DNA from: an uncultured virus (IMG/VR IMGVR_UViG_3300046320_000024)
Taxonomy: Duplodnaviria > Heunggongvirae > Uroviricota > Caudoviricetes
Direction: 5' to 3' (one strand)
DNA length: 64,000 bases
Virus record (IMG/VR): IMGVR_UViG_3300046320_000024
Part shown: in pieces, positions 28,211-38,562 of the stretch
Numbering within the stretch: position 1 is the first letter of the stretch
How the letters are laid out: the number at the start of each line of letters is the position of its first letter
Made by a program: the position numbers and the translations under genes
Notes under the pieces: generated by a model
Databases searched by the model: none
What the model was told of the DNA's origin: nothing
What the model saw: only the letters and a program-made list of their open reading frames with translations

Positions 28211-29790
28211 TGGCATCAGAAAATTATAATTCAAATGGTAACTTAAAGGCAGCTGGAGTTCAGGTAAACTATACATCTGAACAAGTTCAGGAGTATATGA
28301 AGTGCTCCCAAGACCCTATCTACTTTATTGAAAATTACTGTTACATCGTTTCTCTAGATCATGGTTTGATTAAGTTCGCCTTATATGATTGTCAGAAAAA
28401 CAAAATAAATATCATCCATAATAACCGTCGTGTTATTCTTATGGAAGGTCGTCAGCAAGGCAAGACTACTACATCTGCTGCCTACATCCTTTGGTATACT
28501 CTATTCCAAGCAAACAAGAACGTAGCCATTTTGGCTAACAAAGCCACTGCTGCTCGTGAAGTTTTGGATCGTTATCAAACTATGTATGAGGCTCTTCCAC
28601 TGTGGCTACAGCAAGGTGTTACTACTTGGAACAAGGGTGATATTGAACTAGAAAACGGTTCTAAGGTATTCACTGCAGCGACATCTGCCTCTGGTATTCG
28701 TGGTAAGTCTGTTAACTTATTGTATGTTGACGAAGCTGCAATTATTCCAAATACTGTTGCTGAACAGTTCTTCACTTCTGTTTACCCCACTATTTCTGCG
28801 GGTCAAACAACAAAGATTCTACTATCTTCTACTCCACTCGGCTACAATCACTTCTGGAAATTCTGGAATGACGCTGAGAAGGGTCGTAATGGATTCGTCC
28901 CTCTATTCATCCCTTACTGGGAAATTCCAGGTCGTGATGAAAAGTGGGCGCTAGAGCAAAAGATGATGCTCGGAGAACTCAAATACAACCAAGAGGTTGC
29001 ATGTAAGTTCTTGGGTTCTAGCTTAACATTGGTTACTGCCGATATTATTGCTAAGATGTCTGTAGACCCAATCATCTATCAGAAAGATGGTCTAGACATT
29101 TATGTACGTCCATCTGCTGGGCACACATATTGTATTATTGCTGACGTTGCTAAGGGTGTTGGTGGAGACCACTCTGCCTTCCAAATTATCGACATCACAG
29201 AAGTGCCTTACCGTATTGTTGGTAAGTACAGAAATAACGAGATTAGCCCACTGTTGTATCCTAACGTTTTATACAAGATTGGTAAGGAATACAACGAGGC
29301 TTATATCTTAATTGAAACGAACATTAGTGAACAGGTTGCGCACATCCTTTATAGTGAACTCGAATATGAGAACATTTTAATGGTGAACCGACACACAAAT
29401 GGTCAAGTTATCGGTGGTGGCTTCGGTGGAGGTAAAACTCAGCTGGGTGTTAACACTGATAAAAAGGTCAAACGCATTGGATGTCAAAACTTCAAAGCTA
29501 TGGTCGAAGAAAATAAGCTGATTGTCAACGATGCCGATACGATCTCCGAGATCTCTACTTTCATTGAGGTTAAGGGTTCATATGCAGCAGACGAAGGTTA
29601 TCACGATGACTTGGTAATGCCTTTGGTTCTCTTTGGTTGGCTTACAACTAACCCGTATTTTAAAGAGCTAAATAATGTAAACCTCCGAGAGATTATGTAT
29701 AAGAAACAGATGCAAGCTATCGAAGAGGAACTGACGCCATTCGGATTCTATGATAATGGAGACGGCGATGCCGAGCCATTGAATTTCTGA
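28210..29790 (+). CDS. gp17: Terminase large subunit gp17
   Basis: GRQQGKTT Walker A, YVDEAA Walker B, ADVAKGVGGD and HDDLVM nuclease motifs. Confidence 0.97.
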   Translation: MASENYNSNGNLKAAGVQVNYTSEQVQEYMKCSQDPIYFIENYCYIVSLDHGLIKFALYDCQKNKINIIHNNRRVILMEGRQQGKTTTSAAYILWYTLFQANKNVAILANKATAAREVLDRYQTMYEALPLWLQQGVTTWNKGDIELENGSKVFTAATSASGIRGKSVNLLYVDEAAIIPNTVAEQFFTSVYPTISAGQTTKILLSSTPLGYNHFWKFWNDAEKGRNGFVPLFIPYWEIPGRDEKWALEQKMMLGELKYNQEVACKFLGSSLTLVTADIIAKMSVDPIIYQKDGLDIYVRPSAGHTYCIIADVAKGVGGDHSAFQIIDITEVPYRIVGKYRNNEISPLLYPNVLYKIGKEYNEAYILIETNISEQVAHILYSELEYENILMVNRHTNGQVIGGGFGGGKTQLGVNTDKKVKRIGCQNFKAMVEENKLIVNDADTISEISTFIEVKGSYAADEGYHDDLVMPLVLFGWLTTNPYFKELNNVNLREIMYKKQMQAIEEELTPFGFYDNGDGDAEPLNF

Positions 29791-29807
29791 GTTGAAAACT
29801 TGTAAAA

Positions 29808-29815
29808 ACTAAATA
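29808..29815 (+). promoter_or_regulatory. Late-promoter-like ACTAAATA upstream of gp18
   Basis: Intergenic TAAATA core; the same core recurs before other late genes. Confidence 0.6.
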
Positions 29816-29869
29816 AAATGTAGACACGATTTTCTGTCTAAAGTAAACTTATTAACAAGGAGAATTACA

Positions 29870-32035
29870 ATGCCTTTCCAATTATCTCCAGGCGTTGCAG
29901 TCGTAGAAAAAGATTTTTCATCAATCGTTCCAGCCGTGTCTAGCTCACGTGGAGCTTTTGCTGGTGCGTTTGCATGGGGTCCAGTTTTGGCTCCTACATC
30001 TGTTACTTCCGAGAACGAATTAGTTCGTATCTTCGGTAAGCCACAAGACGCTAATGCACAGTCTTTCTTTACTGCAGCGAACTTCCTGTCTTATACAAAT
30101 AGCCTATTAATCAGCCGTGCTGACACTGGCACTCAACGCAACGCTGTTGCAATTCAAACTGGAACACTTACTGGTGTTACTCAAGTTAACGTTGGTTCTG
30201 GATATACTTCTGTTCCAGTAGTTTCTATTAGTGCTCCTAATGATGTATCAGGTATTCAAGCTACTGCTACTGCCCGTTTGTCTGGTGGTGGTGTTACTAG
30301 TGTCACAGTTTCTCAAGGTGGTTCTGGATACACTTCAGGTTCTATTGTGTCATTCAGTGCCCCACAAATTCCTGGTGGCACACAACCAACTGCTACAGTT
30401 GAGGTTTCTGGTGGTTCTATTACCAATATCGTTATTGTTACTGCTGGTACAGGATACACTTCTATACCAACAGTTACTGTTGGAGGTGGTAATGGTTTTG
30501 CTACTGGTACAGTGACTATTTCTAGTTCTACTATTGTTGGTCTAACAATCACTAATGCTGGTACTGGTTATTCTAGTGCTCCATCTATTACTATTGCTCC
30601 TCCATCTTCTGGAACTACAGCTGTATATTCTGGCGTTGTTACTGTTGGTGGTGTAAAAATCAACAACACTAATGATTACTTAATGTCTTTTGCTAATGGT
30701 GAAGGTGTTACTGGTGAATGGGCAGCACGCTATCCAGGTTCTCTAGGAAACTCTTTGCTAGTTTCTATGGCAGATTCAACATCTTTTACGTCTTGGTCAT
30801 ACAAAGACAGCTTTGATTCTGCTCCATCCACATCAACACACGCTTCTAATGTAGGCGGATCTAATGATGAACTACATGTAGTTGTGGTTGATAAAGATGG
30901 ATTGTGGACTGGTATCCCAGGTACTGTTCTAGAAAAGTTTGCGTTTGTTTCTAAAGCATCTGATGTTAAGAAATCTGATGGTACGAACAATTACTATAAA
31001 GACGCTATCAATACTGGTTCTCAATATATTTACTGGATGGATCATACTGGTAATTCTGACTGGGGTGTGGCTTCTGCTAACAAAGCATTCACTACTCTCG
31101 GTACTGCTATTACTCGTTCACTATCTGGTGGTGTAGATAACCTTACTGCTACTGATGGTCAACTGCAAACTGCATACTCTTTATTTGCTGATGATGCACA
31201 ATATGACATCTCTCTAATTGCAACAGGTAAGGCTTCTCCTACTGTTGTTAACTATGTTATCAGCAACGTTGCTGAAGTTCGTTTAGACTGCGTTGTATTC
31301 GCTTCTGCTCAGAACGTTACTACTGGTGAACCAATCATCGGTACTGGTTCTGCTGCTACTGACCTTATGGTTGCTTACCGTAATGCTCTTCCAAGCACTT
31401 CTTACGCTGTTCTTGACTCTGGCTACAAGTACCAATACGATCGTTACAACGACAAGTATCGTTGGATTCCATTGAACGGTGATACTGCTGGTCTATGTGC
31501 ACGCACTGACTACACTAACGATCCATGGTTCTCTCCATCTGGTCTAAACCGTGGTCAAATCAAGAACGTTGTTAAGTTGGCATTGAACCCAACTAAAGTA
31601 GACCGTGACGTATTGTACAAAGCTGGCGTGAACCCAGTTGTGACATTCCCAGGAGAAGGTACTGTTCTATTCGGTGACAAGACATTGTTGGCTAAGCCAT
31701 CTGCGTTTGATCGTATCAACGTTCGTCGCTTGTTCATTGTTATGGAAAAAGCTATCGCTACTGCTGCTAAATATCAATTGTTCGAATTCAATGATCCGTT
31801 TACTCGTGCTCAGTTCAAGAATTTGATCGAGCCATTCCTACGTGACATTCAAGGTCGTCGTGGTATTACAGAGTTCGCTGTTAAGTGCGATGAGTCTAAC
31901 AACACTGGTCAAGTAATTGACTCTAATAACTTTGTTGCTGACATCTTCGTTAAGCCAAACCGTTCTATCAACTTTATCACTCTTAACTTTGTAGCTGCTC
32001 GTTCAAGCATTAGCTTTAGCGAAATCGGCGCTTAA
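29870..32035 (+). CDS. gp18: Tail sheath protein gp18
   Basis: SPGVAVVEKD, PWFSPSG, FDRINVRRLF, KPNRSINFITLNF. Confidence 0.97.
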   Translation: MPFQLSPGVAVVEKDFSSIVPAVSSSRGAFAGAFAWGPVLAPTSVTSENELVRIFGKPQDANAQSFFTAANFLSYTNSLLISRADTGTQRNAVAIQTGTLTGVTQVNVGSGYTSVPVVSISAPNDVSGIQATATARLSGGGVTSVTVSQGGSGYTSGSIVSFSAPQIPGGTQPTATVEVSGGSITNIVIVTAGTGYTSIPTVTVGGGNGFATGTVTISSSTIVGLTITNAGTGYSSAPSITIAPPSSGTTAVYSGVVTVGGVKINNTNDYLMSFANGEGVTGEWAARYPGSLGNSLLVSMADSTSFTSWSYKDSFDSAPSTSTHASNVGGSNDELHVVVVDKDGLWTGIPGTVLEKFAFVSKASDVKKSDGTNNYYKDAINTGSQYIYWMDHTGNSDWGVASANKAFTTLGTAITRSLSGGVDNLTATDGQLQTAYSLFADDAQYDISLIATGKASPTVVNYVISNVAEVRLDCVVFASAQNVTTGEPIIGTGSAATDLMVAYRNALPSTSYAVLDSGYKYQYDRYNDKYRWIPLNGDTAGLCARTDYTNDPWFSPSGLNRGQIKNVVKLALNPTKVDRDVLYKAGVNPVVTFPGEGTVLFGDKTLLAKPSAFDRINVRRLFIVMEKAIATAAKYQLFEFNDPFTRAQFKNLIEPFLRDIQGRRGITEFAVKCDESNNTGQVIDSNNFVADIFVKPNRSINFITLNFVAARSSISFSEIGA

Positions 32036-32041
32036 TTAGAG

Positions 32042-32049
32042 AATAAATA
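32042..32049 (+). promoter_or_regulatory. Late-promoter-like AATAAATA upstream of gp19
   Basis: One mismatch to TATAAATA, intergenic. Confidence 0.6.
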
Positions 32050-32071
32050 AGAAAGAATAAGGAGAATTTAA

Positions 32072-32659
32072 ATGGCAAATATTGCTGATTTTAAGTCACA
32101 GATGATTGGCGGGGGTGCTCGCCCTAACCAATTCCGTGCTGAACTAACATTCCCAGCGTTTGTTACATTGGGTGCGGTAGCTGGACAACGTGCACAGTTC
32201 TTGTGCAAAGCTGCTCAACTACCAGCGTCAACTATCGAGACTATCCCAGTCTTGTTTAAAGGACGTCCAGTTAACTTCGCAGGTGAGCGTACATTCCAAC
32301 CATGGACTGTTACAATCTATAACGATACTACTTTTGGTATCCGTAATGCATTGGAACAATGGCAATCTGGTATCCAGAACTATGACACTACTGATGGTCG
32401 TGTTAACCCTTCTGATTACCAAGTTGACTTGTCTATTCACCAACTAGACCGTAACGGTGCAATCATCAAGACTTATAAGTTCGTTGATGCTTTCCCAACG
32501 ATGATTGGTGCTATTGGTTTAGACTACGAACAACAGAACGCAATTGAACAGTTTGATGTGGAATTCACATACAACTTCTTCACTTCTGCTACTGGTGCTT
32601 CTTCTGGCTTCGGTGTTAATGTTAGCATTGATACTCCAGTGGGTTCTATCCCTCTATAA
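32072..32659 (+). CDS. gp19: Tail tube protein gp19
   Basis: GGGARPNQF, AGERTFQPWTVTIYND, QLDRNG. Confidence 0.95.
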   Translation: MANIADFKSQMIGGGARPNQFRAELTFPAFVTLGAVAGQRAQFLCKAAQLPASTIETIPVLFKGRPVNFAGERTFQPWTVTIYNDTTFGIRNALEQWQSGIQNYDTTDGRVNPSDYQVDLSIHQLDRNGAIIKTYKFVDAFPTMIGAIGLDYEQQNAIEQFDVEFTYNFFTSATGASSGFGVNVSIDTPVGSIPL

Positions 32660-32677
32660 TAATCTGAAGGTTATATA

Positions 32678-34270
32678 ATGCAATTATTTGGGTTTGAAAT
32701 AAGCCGTAAAAAAGAGTTGCCAATAGGGAGCGTTGTCTCCCCAACGGCACAGGACGGTGCCACCGTAGTAAACACTGGCGTAAATGCTGGTGGGTACTAC
32801 GGTATGGTTATGGATTTAGACGGGGTCATTAAGAATGAGAATGACCTTCTTCGCCGTTACCGTGAAGTTGCTCAATACAGCGATTGTGATTCAGCTATTG
32901 AAGACATCGTAAATGAAGCAATCATCGTTGACGAAAAAGGCAAATCTGTAAACATCAATCTAGACGATGTGCAGATTTCAGAATCTATCAAGAAAAAAAT
33001 GCGTGATGAGTTCAATAATGTATTGAAACTTATCAAGCTAGATGATCGTGGTCACGACATTTTCCGCACATGGTATGTCGATGGTCGCTTGTACTATCAG
33101 ATCCTACTGGATGAAAAGAATCCTAAGAATGGTATTGCAGAACTACGTTATATTGATCCACGTAAGATTCGTCGTATCAAGAACGTAATCAAAGAAAGAA
33201 CACCAAAGGGTGTTGAAGTTATTAAACAGATTGAAGAATACTATCTGTTCAATGACAAAGGAATTACGGAGCAAACAACACAGGGTGTTAAACTCTCCCT
33301 AGACTCAGTTGTTTATGTTCCATCTGGTTTCTTAGATGCTAACACTAGCATGATGCTTTCGTATCTTCATAAAGCAATCAAACCAGTAAACCAACTAAAG
33401 ATGATCGAAGATTCGATGGTCATCTATCGTATTAGCCGTGCCCCTGAACGTAGAATTTTCTATGTTGACGTTGGTAACTTACCTAAGGTTAAAGCCGAAC
33501 AGTATGTAACTGACATTATGAACAAGTTCCGTAATAAGATCGTTTATGATGCAACTACTGGTGAAGTTCGTGATGACCGCAAGCACATGTCAATGATGGA
33601 AGACTTCTGGATGCCACGCCGTGAGGGTGGTAAGGGTACAGAAATCACTACACTTCCAGGTGGTCAGAATCTTGGTGACATCCAAGATATCGAATACTTC
33701 CAGAACAAATTGTTCCACGCATTAAATGTACCTGTTGGTCGTATGCAAGAACAACAAGGGTTCTCAATTGGTCGTGCCACTGAAATCTCTCGTGACGAAA
33801 TTAAGTTCCACAAGTTTGTTGCTCGTTTACGTAAACGTTTTGCTAACTTCTTTACTGAGGCGTTGGGTGTCCAACTTATCTCTAAGAATATCATGCGTGC
33901 CGATGAGTGGGATGATTTAAAACAAGACATCCGTTATGATTTCGTTGAAGATAACCACTACGCTGAACTAAAGGACAATGAAATCCTTATGGCTCGTCTT
34001 GGCGCTCTACAACAAATCGAACCATACATTGGTAAGTTCTACTCTATGCAATGGATCAAACAGAACGTTCTGTTCCAAGATGAAGAACTAATTGAAGAGA
34101 TGCAGAAAGAAATGGACTCTGAAGAAGATTACCATATGGCCAATGCACAGTTTGACGGTACATTAGCTGCAGTTGGACAAGCTGCTTCTGATAACTACAT
34201 GGCTTATAATGCTCCACAAATGGACGATAACCAACCTCCTGAACCAGAAGACAAATCAAAAGGAAAATGA
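32678..34270 (+). CDS. gp20: Portal protein gp20
   Basis: IYRISRAPERRIFYVDVGNLP, EDFWMPRREGGKGTEITTLPGG. Confidence 0.97.
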   Translation: MQLFGFEISRKKELPIGSVVSPTAQDGATVVNTGVNAGGYYGMVMDLDGVIKNENDLLRRYREVAQYSDCDSAIEDIVNEAIIVDEKGKSVNINLDDVQISESIKKKMRDEFNNVLKLIKLDDRGHDIFRTWYVDGRLYYQILLDEKNPKNGIAELRYIDPRKIRRIKNVIKERTPKGVEVIKQIEEYYLFNDKGITEQTTQGVKLSLDSVVYVPSGFLDANTSMMLSYLHKAIKPVNQLKMIEDSMVIYRISRAPERRIFYVDVGNLPKVKAEQYVTDIMNKFRNKIVYDATTGEVRDDRKHMSMMEDFWMPRREGGKGTEITTLPGGQNLGDIQDIEYFQNKLFHALNVPVGRMQEQQGFSIGRATEISRDEIKFHKFVARLRKRFANFFTEALGVQLISKNIMRADEWDDLKQDIRYDFVEDNHYAELKDNEILMARLGALQQIEPYIGKFYSMQWIKQNVLFQDEELIEEMQKEMDSEEDYHMANAQFDGTLAAVGQAASDNYMAYNAPQMDDNQPPEPEDKSKGK

Positions 34271-34271
34271 A

Positions 34272-34466
34272 ATGAGTGAAACAGTACAACAATTAGTTAC
34301 CGCAATGTTACAAAAAGATGCCATCGGCACAGAATCTGCGTTTCAATCTGCAATGGCAGAAAAGATTTCATCTAAATTGGATGATATGCGTGTAGCAGTA
34401 GCACAGAATATGTTTGTATCTAACCCAACTGAAGTAGAAGACCCAATGGTCGCTACTGAGGAATAA
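34272..34466 (+). CDS. Small prohead core protein (gp67-like by position)
   Basis: ATG at 34272 with AAGGA RBS; small acidic helical protein directly after the portal gene. Confidence 0.55.
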   Translation: MSETVQQLVTAMLQKDAIGTESAFQSAMAEKISSKLDDMRVAVAQNMFVSNPTEVEDPMVATEE

Positions 34467-34467
34467 A

Positions 34468-35001
34468 ATGAATTACAACGAGTTCACTAGTAAGTTACAC
34501 AGCGGAGAACACATTCGCTCTTACGGACATCTAATTGAAATGTTAGATGGCGTAGTGACCATTGATGGTGAACTGACAAAGTTTAAGTCTTTAGAAGAAG
34601 CAAGAGAAAATATTAAACAAGAATACGCTGCTCATAAGATCGAAGAACAAGTCTCAAAAGAACTATACGAAGAAATATCAGACGCTAAAGTCGCAAGTAT
34701 CATTAAAGAATACCACGATGTTAAAGTCACAGATACGTTAATCGAAACATATATCCAACTTGCTTCTTCTAATATGTTCAGTGTTGACCCAGTCGTTCAA
34801 GACATCCGTGCTCTGAATAAACTTGATACAATCGTTGAAGGTAAACTGCATTATGTTCTTGCTGATGATACTATCGTAGCAATTAGTGAGCAAACGCAAG
34901 AACGCCTAAATAAGTTATTAGGTAATCAAACAGAGATTATTGAGTATATGAGAGAGTCTACAGAGAACTTTTTAAGTGTACTTGAACAAATAGAGGAATA
35001 A
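34468..35001 (+). CDS. Hypothetical protein in head cluster (possible prohead core)
   Basis: 177-aa acidic ORF with GAGGA RBS between gp20 and gp21. Confidence 0.6.
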   Translation: MNYNEFTSKLHSGEHIRSYGHLIEMLDGVVTIDGELTKFKSLEEARENIKQEYAAHKIEEQVSKELYEEISDAKVASIIKEYHDVKVTDTLIETYIQLASSNMFSVDPVVQDIRALNKLDTIVEGKLHYVLADDTIVAISEQTQERLNKLLGNQTEIIEYMRESTENFLSVLEQIEE

Positions 35002-35004
35002 AAA

Positions 35005-35469
35005 ATGGCTGTCTTATTTACAACAGTTAAAAATACTAACCAAGAAGTTATTGTACACTTTGACACAGTTGCTGCTGAGTCTGGTACACTTGCTCTTAAT
35101 ACACTAGGCGCTGATACTCAAACACTGACATCTGGTGGTACTCCAACAGTTAATATTGTTAAGTTTGTTTCTACTGGTGAGTTGGGTTCTGGTTTACGTA
35201 TTGTCCGTAATGGCAAAAATGTTATTGCCTGTGCTCCAGAAAACGCACCACTGTTAGATCTAAACTCTATCGGCATTTCTGATAGCACTAACAACACATC
35301 AGATATTGTTGTAACAAACGATGTAGCAAAACCAGTTACTGGTTATTTGGTTCTACGTAAAATCGCTGGCTGGTCTACTAAAGTTGAGACTGCTACTTAT
35401 GGTGCCTACGATGATGAAACTCGTGTTGGTGCTTCTACTACTCTAAGCGGTTCTCCAGATAAGGTCTAA
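35005..35469 (+). CDS. Hypothetical protein in head cluster
   Basis: 154-aa ORF with GAGGA RBS; CCTAAATA at 34905. Confidence 0.65.
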   Translation: MAVLFTTVKNTNQEVIVHFDTVAAESGTLALNTLGADTQTLTSGGTPTVNIVKFVSTGELGSGLRIVRNGKNVIACAPENAPLLDLNSIGISDSTNNTSDIVVTNDVAKPVTGYLVLRKIAGWSTKVETATYGAYDDETRVGASTTLSGSPDKV

Positions 35470-35470
35470 T

Positions 35471-36124
35471 ATGAAACTAATTAGAGAAACAGTCGAAGAG
35501 ACTAAACTTATTGTTGAAGAAAAATTAGGTAAAGGTAAGCAATACTTTATTGAAGGTATCTTTCTTCAGTCACAATTAAAGAATCGTAACGGTCGTATGT
35601 ATCCAGAACATACAATGGATCGTGAAGTTGGTCGTTACCTTAAAGAATCTGTTCAAGCTAATCGTGCTTACGGTGAACTTGGACACCCAGATACTCCATC
35701 CATCAATTTGGATCGTGTATCTCACCTGATCGTTGACCTACGTAAAGAAGGTACTAACTGGATCGGTAAAGCAAAGATTTTAGAAACTCCAATGGGTCAA
35801 ATTGCTAGAGGTCTTCTAGATGGTGGCGCAAACCTTGGTGTTTCTTCAAGAGCCATGGGTTCTCTCAAGATGAGTAATGAGGGAATCAATATTGTTCAAG
35901 ATGACTTTATGTTGTCTACTGCTGCTGATATCGTAGCTGACCCATCTGCGCCAGATGCGTTTGTCCGTGGTATCATGGAGAACAAAGAATGGATTTTTGT
36001 TGATGGAAAGTTTGTGGAACAACAAATCGAAGAGGTAAGATCTTTCGTTAAGAAAACTTCTTCTAGAAATCTAGAGGAAGCAAAGATTCAGGCTTTCCAA
36101 CACTTTCTGAGTAAAATCAGATAA
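35471..36124 (+). CDS. gp21: Prohead protease gp21
   Basis: NRNGRMYP, GELGHP, GVSSRAMGS, DIVADPSAPDA. Confidence 0.96.
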   Translation: MKLIRETVEETKLIVEEKLGKGKQYFIEGIFLQSQLKNRNGRMYPEHTMDREVGRYLKESVQANRAYGELGHPDTPSINLDRVSHLIVDLRKEGTNWIGKAKILETPMGQIARGLLDGGANLGVSSRAMGSLKMSNEGINIVQDDFMLSTAADIVADPSAPDAFVRGIMENKEWIFVDGKFVEQQIEEVRSFVKKTSSRNLEEAKIQAFQHFLSKIR

Positions 36125-36167
36125 ATAATAAATAACTAACAGAACTATCCAGTTACAGGAGAAAACG

Positions 36168-37151
36168 ATGTCAATCGAACAAAAAATCGCTACAATCTTA
36201 GCAGAGTCTAAGAAATTGAATGAAGCCAAACTAGGTGGAGCAGAAACAGGCGCTAAAGATGTTACTGCTGGCGCACATGCTGGTGATCAAACACCTATCC
36301 GTGATGCGGTACTAAATGTACCAAACGGTGGTGAGACACCAAACCCAGACAGCGCACGTAATAACGTAGACAATGAAAAGCAAGCAGAAACTGTTTCTGG
36401 TGGCAAGAAAACTACGACTACTTCTGTCAAAGGCGTTAAAGAAGATATAGATGCACTTATGAATGGTGAAGATCTTTCTGAAGACTTCCGTGCTAAAGCA
36501 GAAACCATTTTTGAAGCTGCAGTAATGACACGTGTTAACGAAGAAGTTGCACGTATCGAAGAAGAATTCGAAGCTAAACTTGCTGAGCAAGTTGAGCAGA
36601 ATACACAGGGAATTGTTGAACAAGTTGATGGATACCTCGGTTATATTGCCGAGCAGTGGATTGCACAGAATGAAATCGCCCTTGAGCGTGGTATGAAGTC
36701 TGAAATCATGGAGAGTTTTATCCTTGGTATGAAAGACCTATTCGAAGAGCACTATGTTGAAATCCCAGAAGAGCGTTTCGATGTTCTTGGTGAGATGGAA
36801 ATCAAAGTTGCTGAACTCGAAGCAAAATTGAATGAGCAAGTTGAAGCTAATATCGGTCTTACAAAAGATCTATCTGAAGCTAAACAAGCTGAGTTGGTTA
36901 AGTCCATCTCTGAAGGTTTGACTGATACTGAATCTGAGAAATTCTTGGGTCTAGTTGAAGAACTATCTTTTGAAGATGCAGCGTCTTTTGAACAAAAGCT
37001 AAAGACTATTCGTGAAAACTACTTCACTACTAAAACAATCGCAGAGCAATCTGTAGTTACTGATGCACCAGTAGAAATGTTGTCTGAAACAGTTGTTGCT
37101 AAAGCAATTGATCCAGCAATGTCTGCTTACTTGTCAGTTCTCAACAAATAA
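36168..37151 (+). CDS. gp22: Prohead scaffold/core protein gp22
   Basis: LSEDFRAKAETIFEAAV, VDGYLGYIAEQW, LFEEHYVEIPEE; acidic coiled coil. Confidence 0.92.
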   Translation: MSIEQKIATILAESKKLNEAKLGGAETGAKDVTAGAHAGDQTPIRDAVLNVPNGGETPNPDSARNNVDNEKQAETVSGGKKTTTTSVKGVKEDIDALMNGEDLSEDFRAKAETIFEAAVMTRVNEEVARIEEEFEAKLAEQVEQNTQGIVEQVDGYLGYIAEQWIAQNEIALERGMKSEIMESFILGMKDLFEEHYVEIPEERFDVLGEMEIKVAELEAKLNEQVEANIGLTKDLSEAKQAELVKSISEGLTDTESEKFLGLVEELSFEDAASFEQKLKTIRENYFTTKTIAEQSVVTDAPVEMLSETVVAKAIDPAMSAYLSVLNK

Positions 37152-37167
37152 ATCTAAGGAAAATAAA

Positions 37168-38487
37168 ATGACAACACGTCAACAATTAATGGAAAAATGG
37201 GCACCAGTATTGAACCATGAAGGTTCTGTGCCATTCAAAGACAACTACCGTAAGGAAGTTACTGCTGTTCTTTTGGAAAACCAAGAACGTGAAATGCAAA
37301 AGCAAGCGGAAGCCTTGTTCGAAGGTTCTCCAACTAACGGCACTGGTGGCCAAATCGGTACTGTTGGTGGCGGTGCTACTGGTGGTGTTGCTGGTTTTGA
37401 CCCAGTATTGATCTCTTTGGTTCGCCGTGCAATGCCACAATTGATCGCTTATGACGTTGCTGGTGTACAACCAATGACTCAACCAACTGGCTTGATCTTC
37501 GCTATGAAGTCTCGCTACACTAACCAAAACGGTACAGAAGCGTTGTTCAACGAAGCTGACTCTGGTTTCACTGGTGACGGCACTTCTGCTGGTGCAGGTT
37601 CTGTACTAGGCGGTTCTGATGCAGTTGGTCGTGGTATTTCTACTGTGGCAGCTGAGCGTTTGGGTCAAGGCGGTTCTGGTGACGGTTCTTTCGCACAAAT
37701 GGCATTCTCTATCGAGAAGGCTTCTGTGGTTGCTAAGACTCGTGCCTTGAAAGCTGAATACTCTATCGAGTTGGCTCAAGACTTGAAGTCTGTGCATGGT
37801 TTAGATGCTGAAGGTGAGTTGTCTAACATCTTGTCTACAGAAATCTTGGCTGAAATCAACCGTGAAGTTATCCGTACAATCTACAACACTTCTAAAGTTG
37901 GTGCTGCTGTTGGTACTGCTACTGCTGGTACTTTCGACTTGGACGTTGACTCTAACGGTCGCTGGTCTGTTGAAAAGTTCAAAGGTCTAATGTTCCAAAT
38001 CGAACGTGAAGCCAACGCTATCGGTCAACAAACACGTCGTGGACGTGGTAACATCATCATCACTTCTGCTGACGTTGCGTCTGCTCTAGCGATGGCTGGT
38101 GTTCTTGATTACCAATCTGGTATCACTGGTAAGAACGCATTGACTGTAGATGACACTTCTACTACTTTCGCTGGTGTTCTAAACGGTAAGTACAAAGTTT
38201 ATGTTGACCCATATACTTCTAACGTTTCTAACAGCCAATTCTTCGTTGTTGGTTACAAAGGCGCTTCTGCTTTTGACGCTGGTTTGTTCTACTGCCCATA
38301 CGTTCCATTGCAAATGGTTCGTGCTGTTGATCCAAACAGCTTCCAACCAAAGATTGGTTTCAAGACTCGTTACGGTCTAGTTGCTAACCCATTCGTTAAC
38401 TTGGATGACGGCACTTCTGGTCAAGACAACTTGACTGCGAACGCAAACTACTACTACCGCAAAGTTAAAGTTACTAACCTTCTGTAA
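37168..38487 (+). CDS. gp23: Major capsid protein gp23
   Basis: Start MTTRQQLMEKW after AAGGA; GVQPMTQPTGLIFA, RALKAEYS, FYCPYVP, FQPKIGFKTRYG. Confidence 0.98.
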   Translation: MTTRQQLMEKWAPVLNHEGSVPFKDNYRKEVTAVLLENQEREMQKQAEALFEGSPTNGTGGQIGTVGGGATGGVAGFDPVLISLVRRAMPQLIAYDVAGVQPMTQPTGLIFAMKSRYTNQNGTEALFNEADSGFTGDGTSAGAGSVLGGSDAVGRGISTVAAERLGQGGSGDGSFAQMAFSIEKASVVAKTRALKAEYSIELAQDLKSVHGLDAEGELSNILSTEILAEINREVIRTIYNTSKVGAAVGTATAGTFDLDVDSNGRWSVEKFKGLMFQIEREANAIGQQTRRGRGNIIITSADVASALAMAGVLDYQSGITGKNALTVDDTSTTFAGVLNGKYKVYVDPYTSNVSNSQFFVVGYKGASAFDAGLFYCPYVPLQMVRAVDPNSFQPKIGFKTRYGLVANPFVNLDDGTSGQDNLTANANYYYRKVKVTNLL

Positions 38488-38520
38488 TAGGTTAAGAAAC
38501 CTACGTAAGATAGGTATTTC

Positions 38521-38545
38521 AAAGGGAGCTTCGGCTCCCTTTTTT
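38521..38545 (+). terminator. Rho-independent terminator after gp23
   Basis: AAAGGGAGC-TTCG-GCTCCCTTT plus T tract. Confidence 0.9.
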
Positions 38546-38562
38546 CATTCCTAAATAATTAT

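Noticed and set aside
37093..37167. N-terminal extensions given by the ORF track for gp23 (also gp55, uvsW and several small genes)
   Set aside because: Downstream ATGs have proper RBS spacing or stop/start overlaps and match family N-termini
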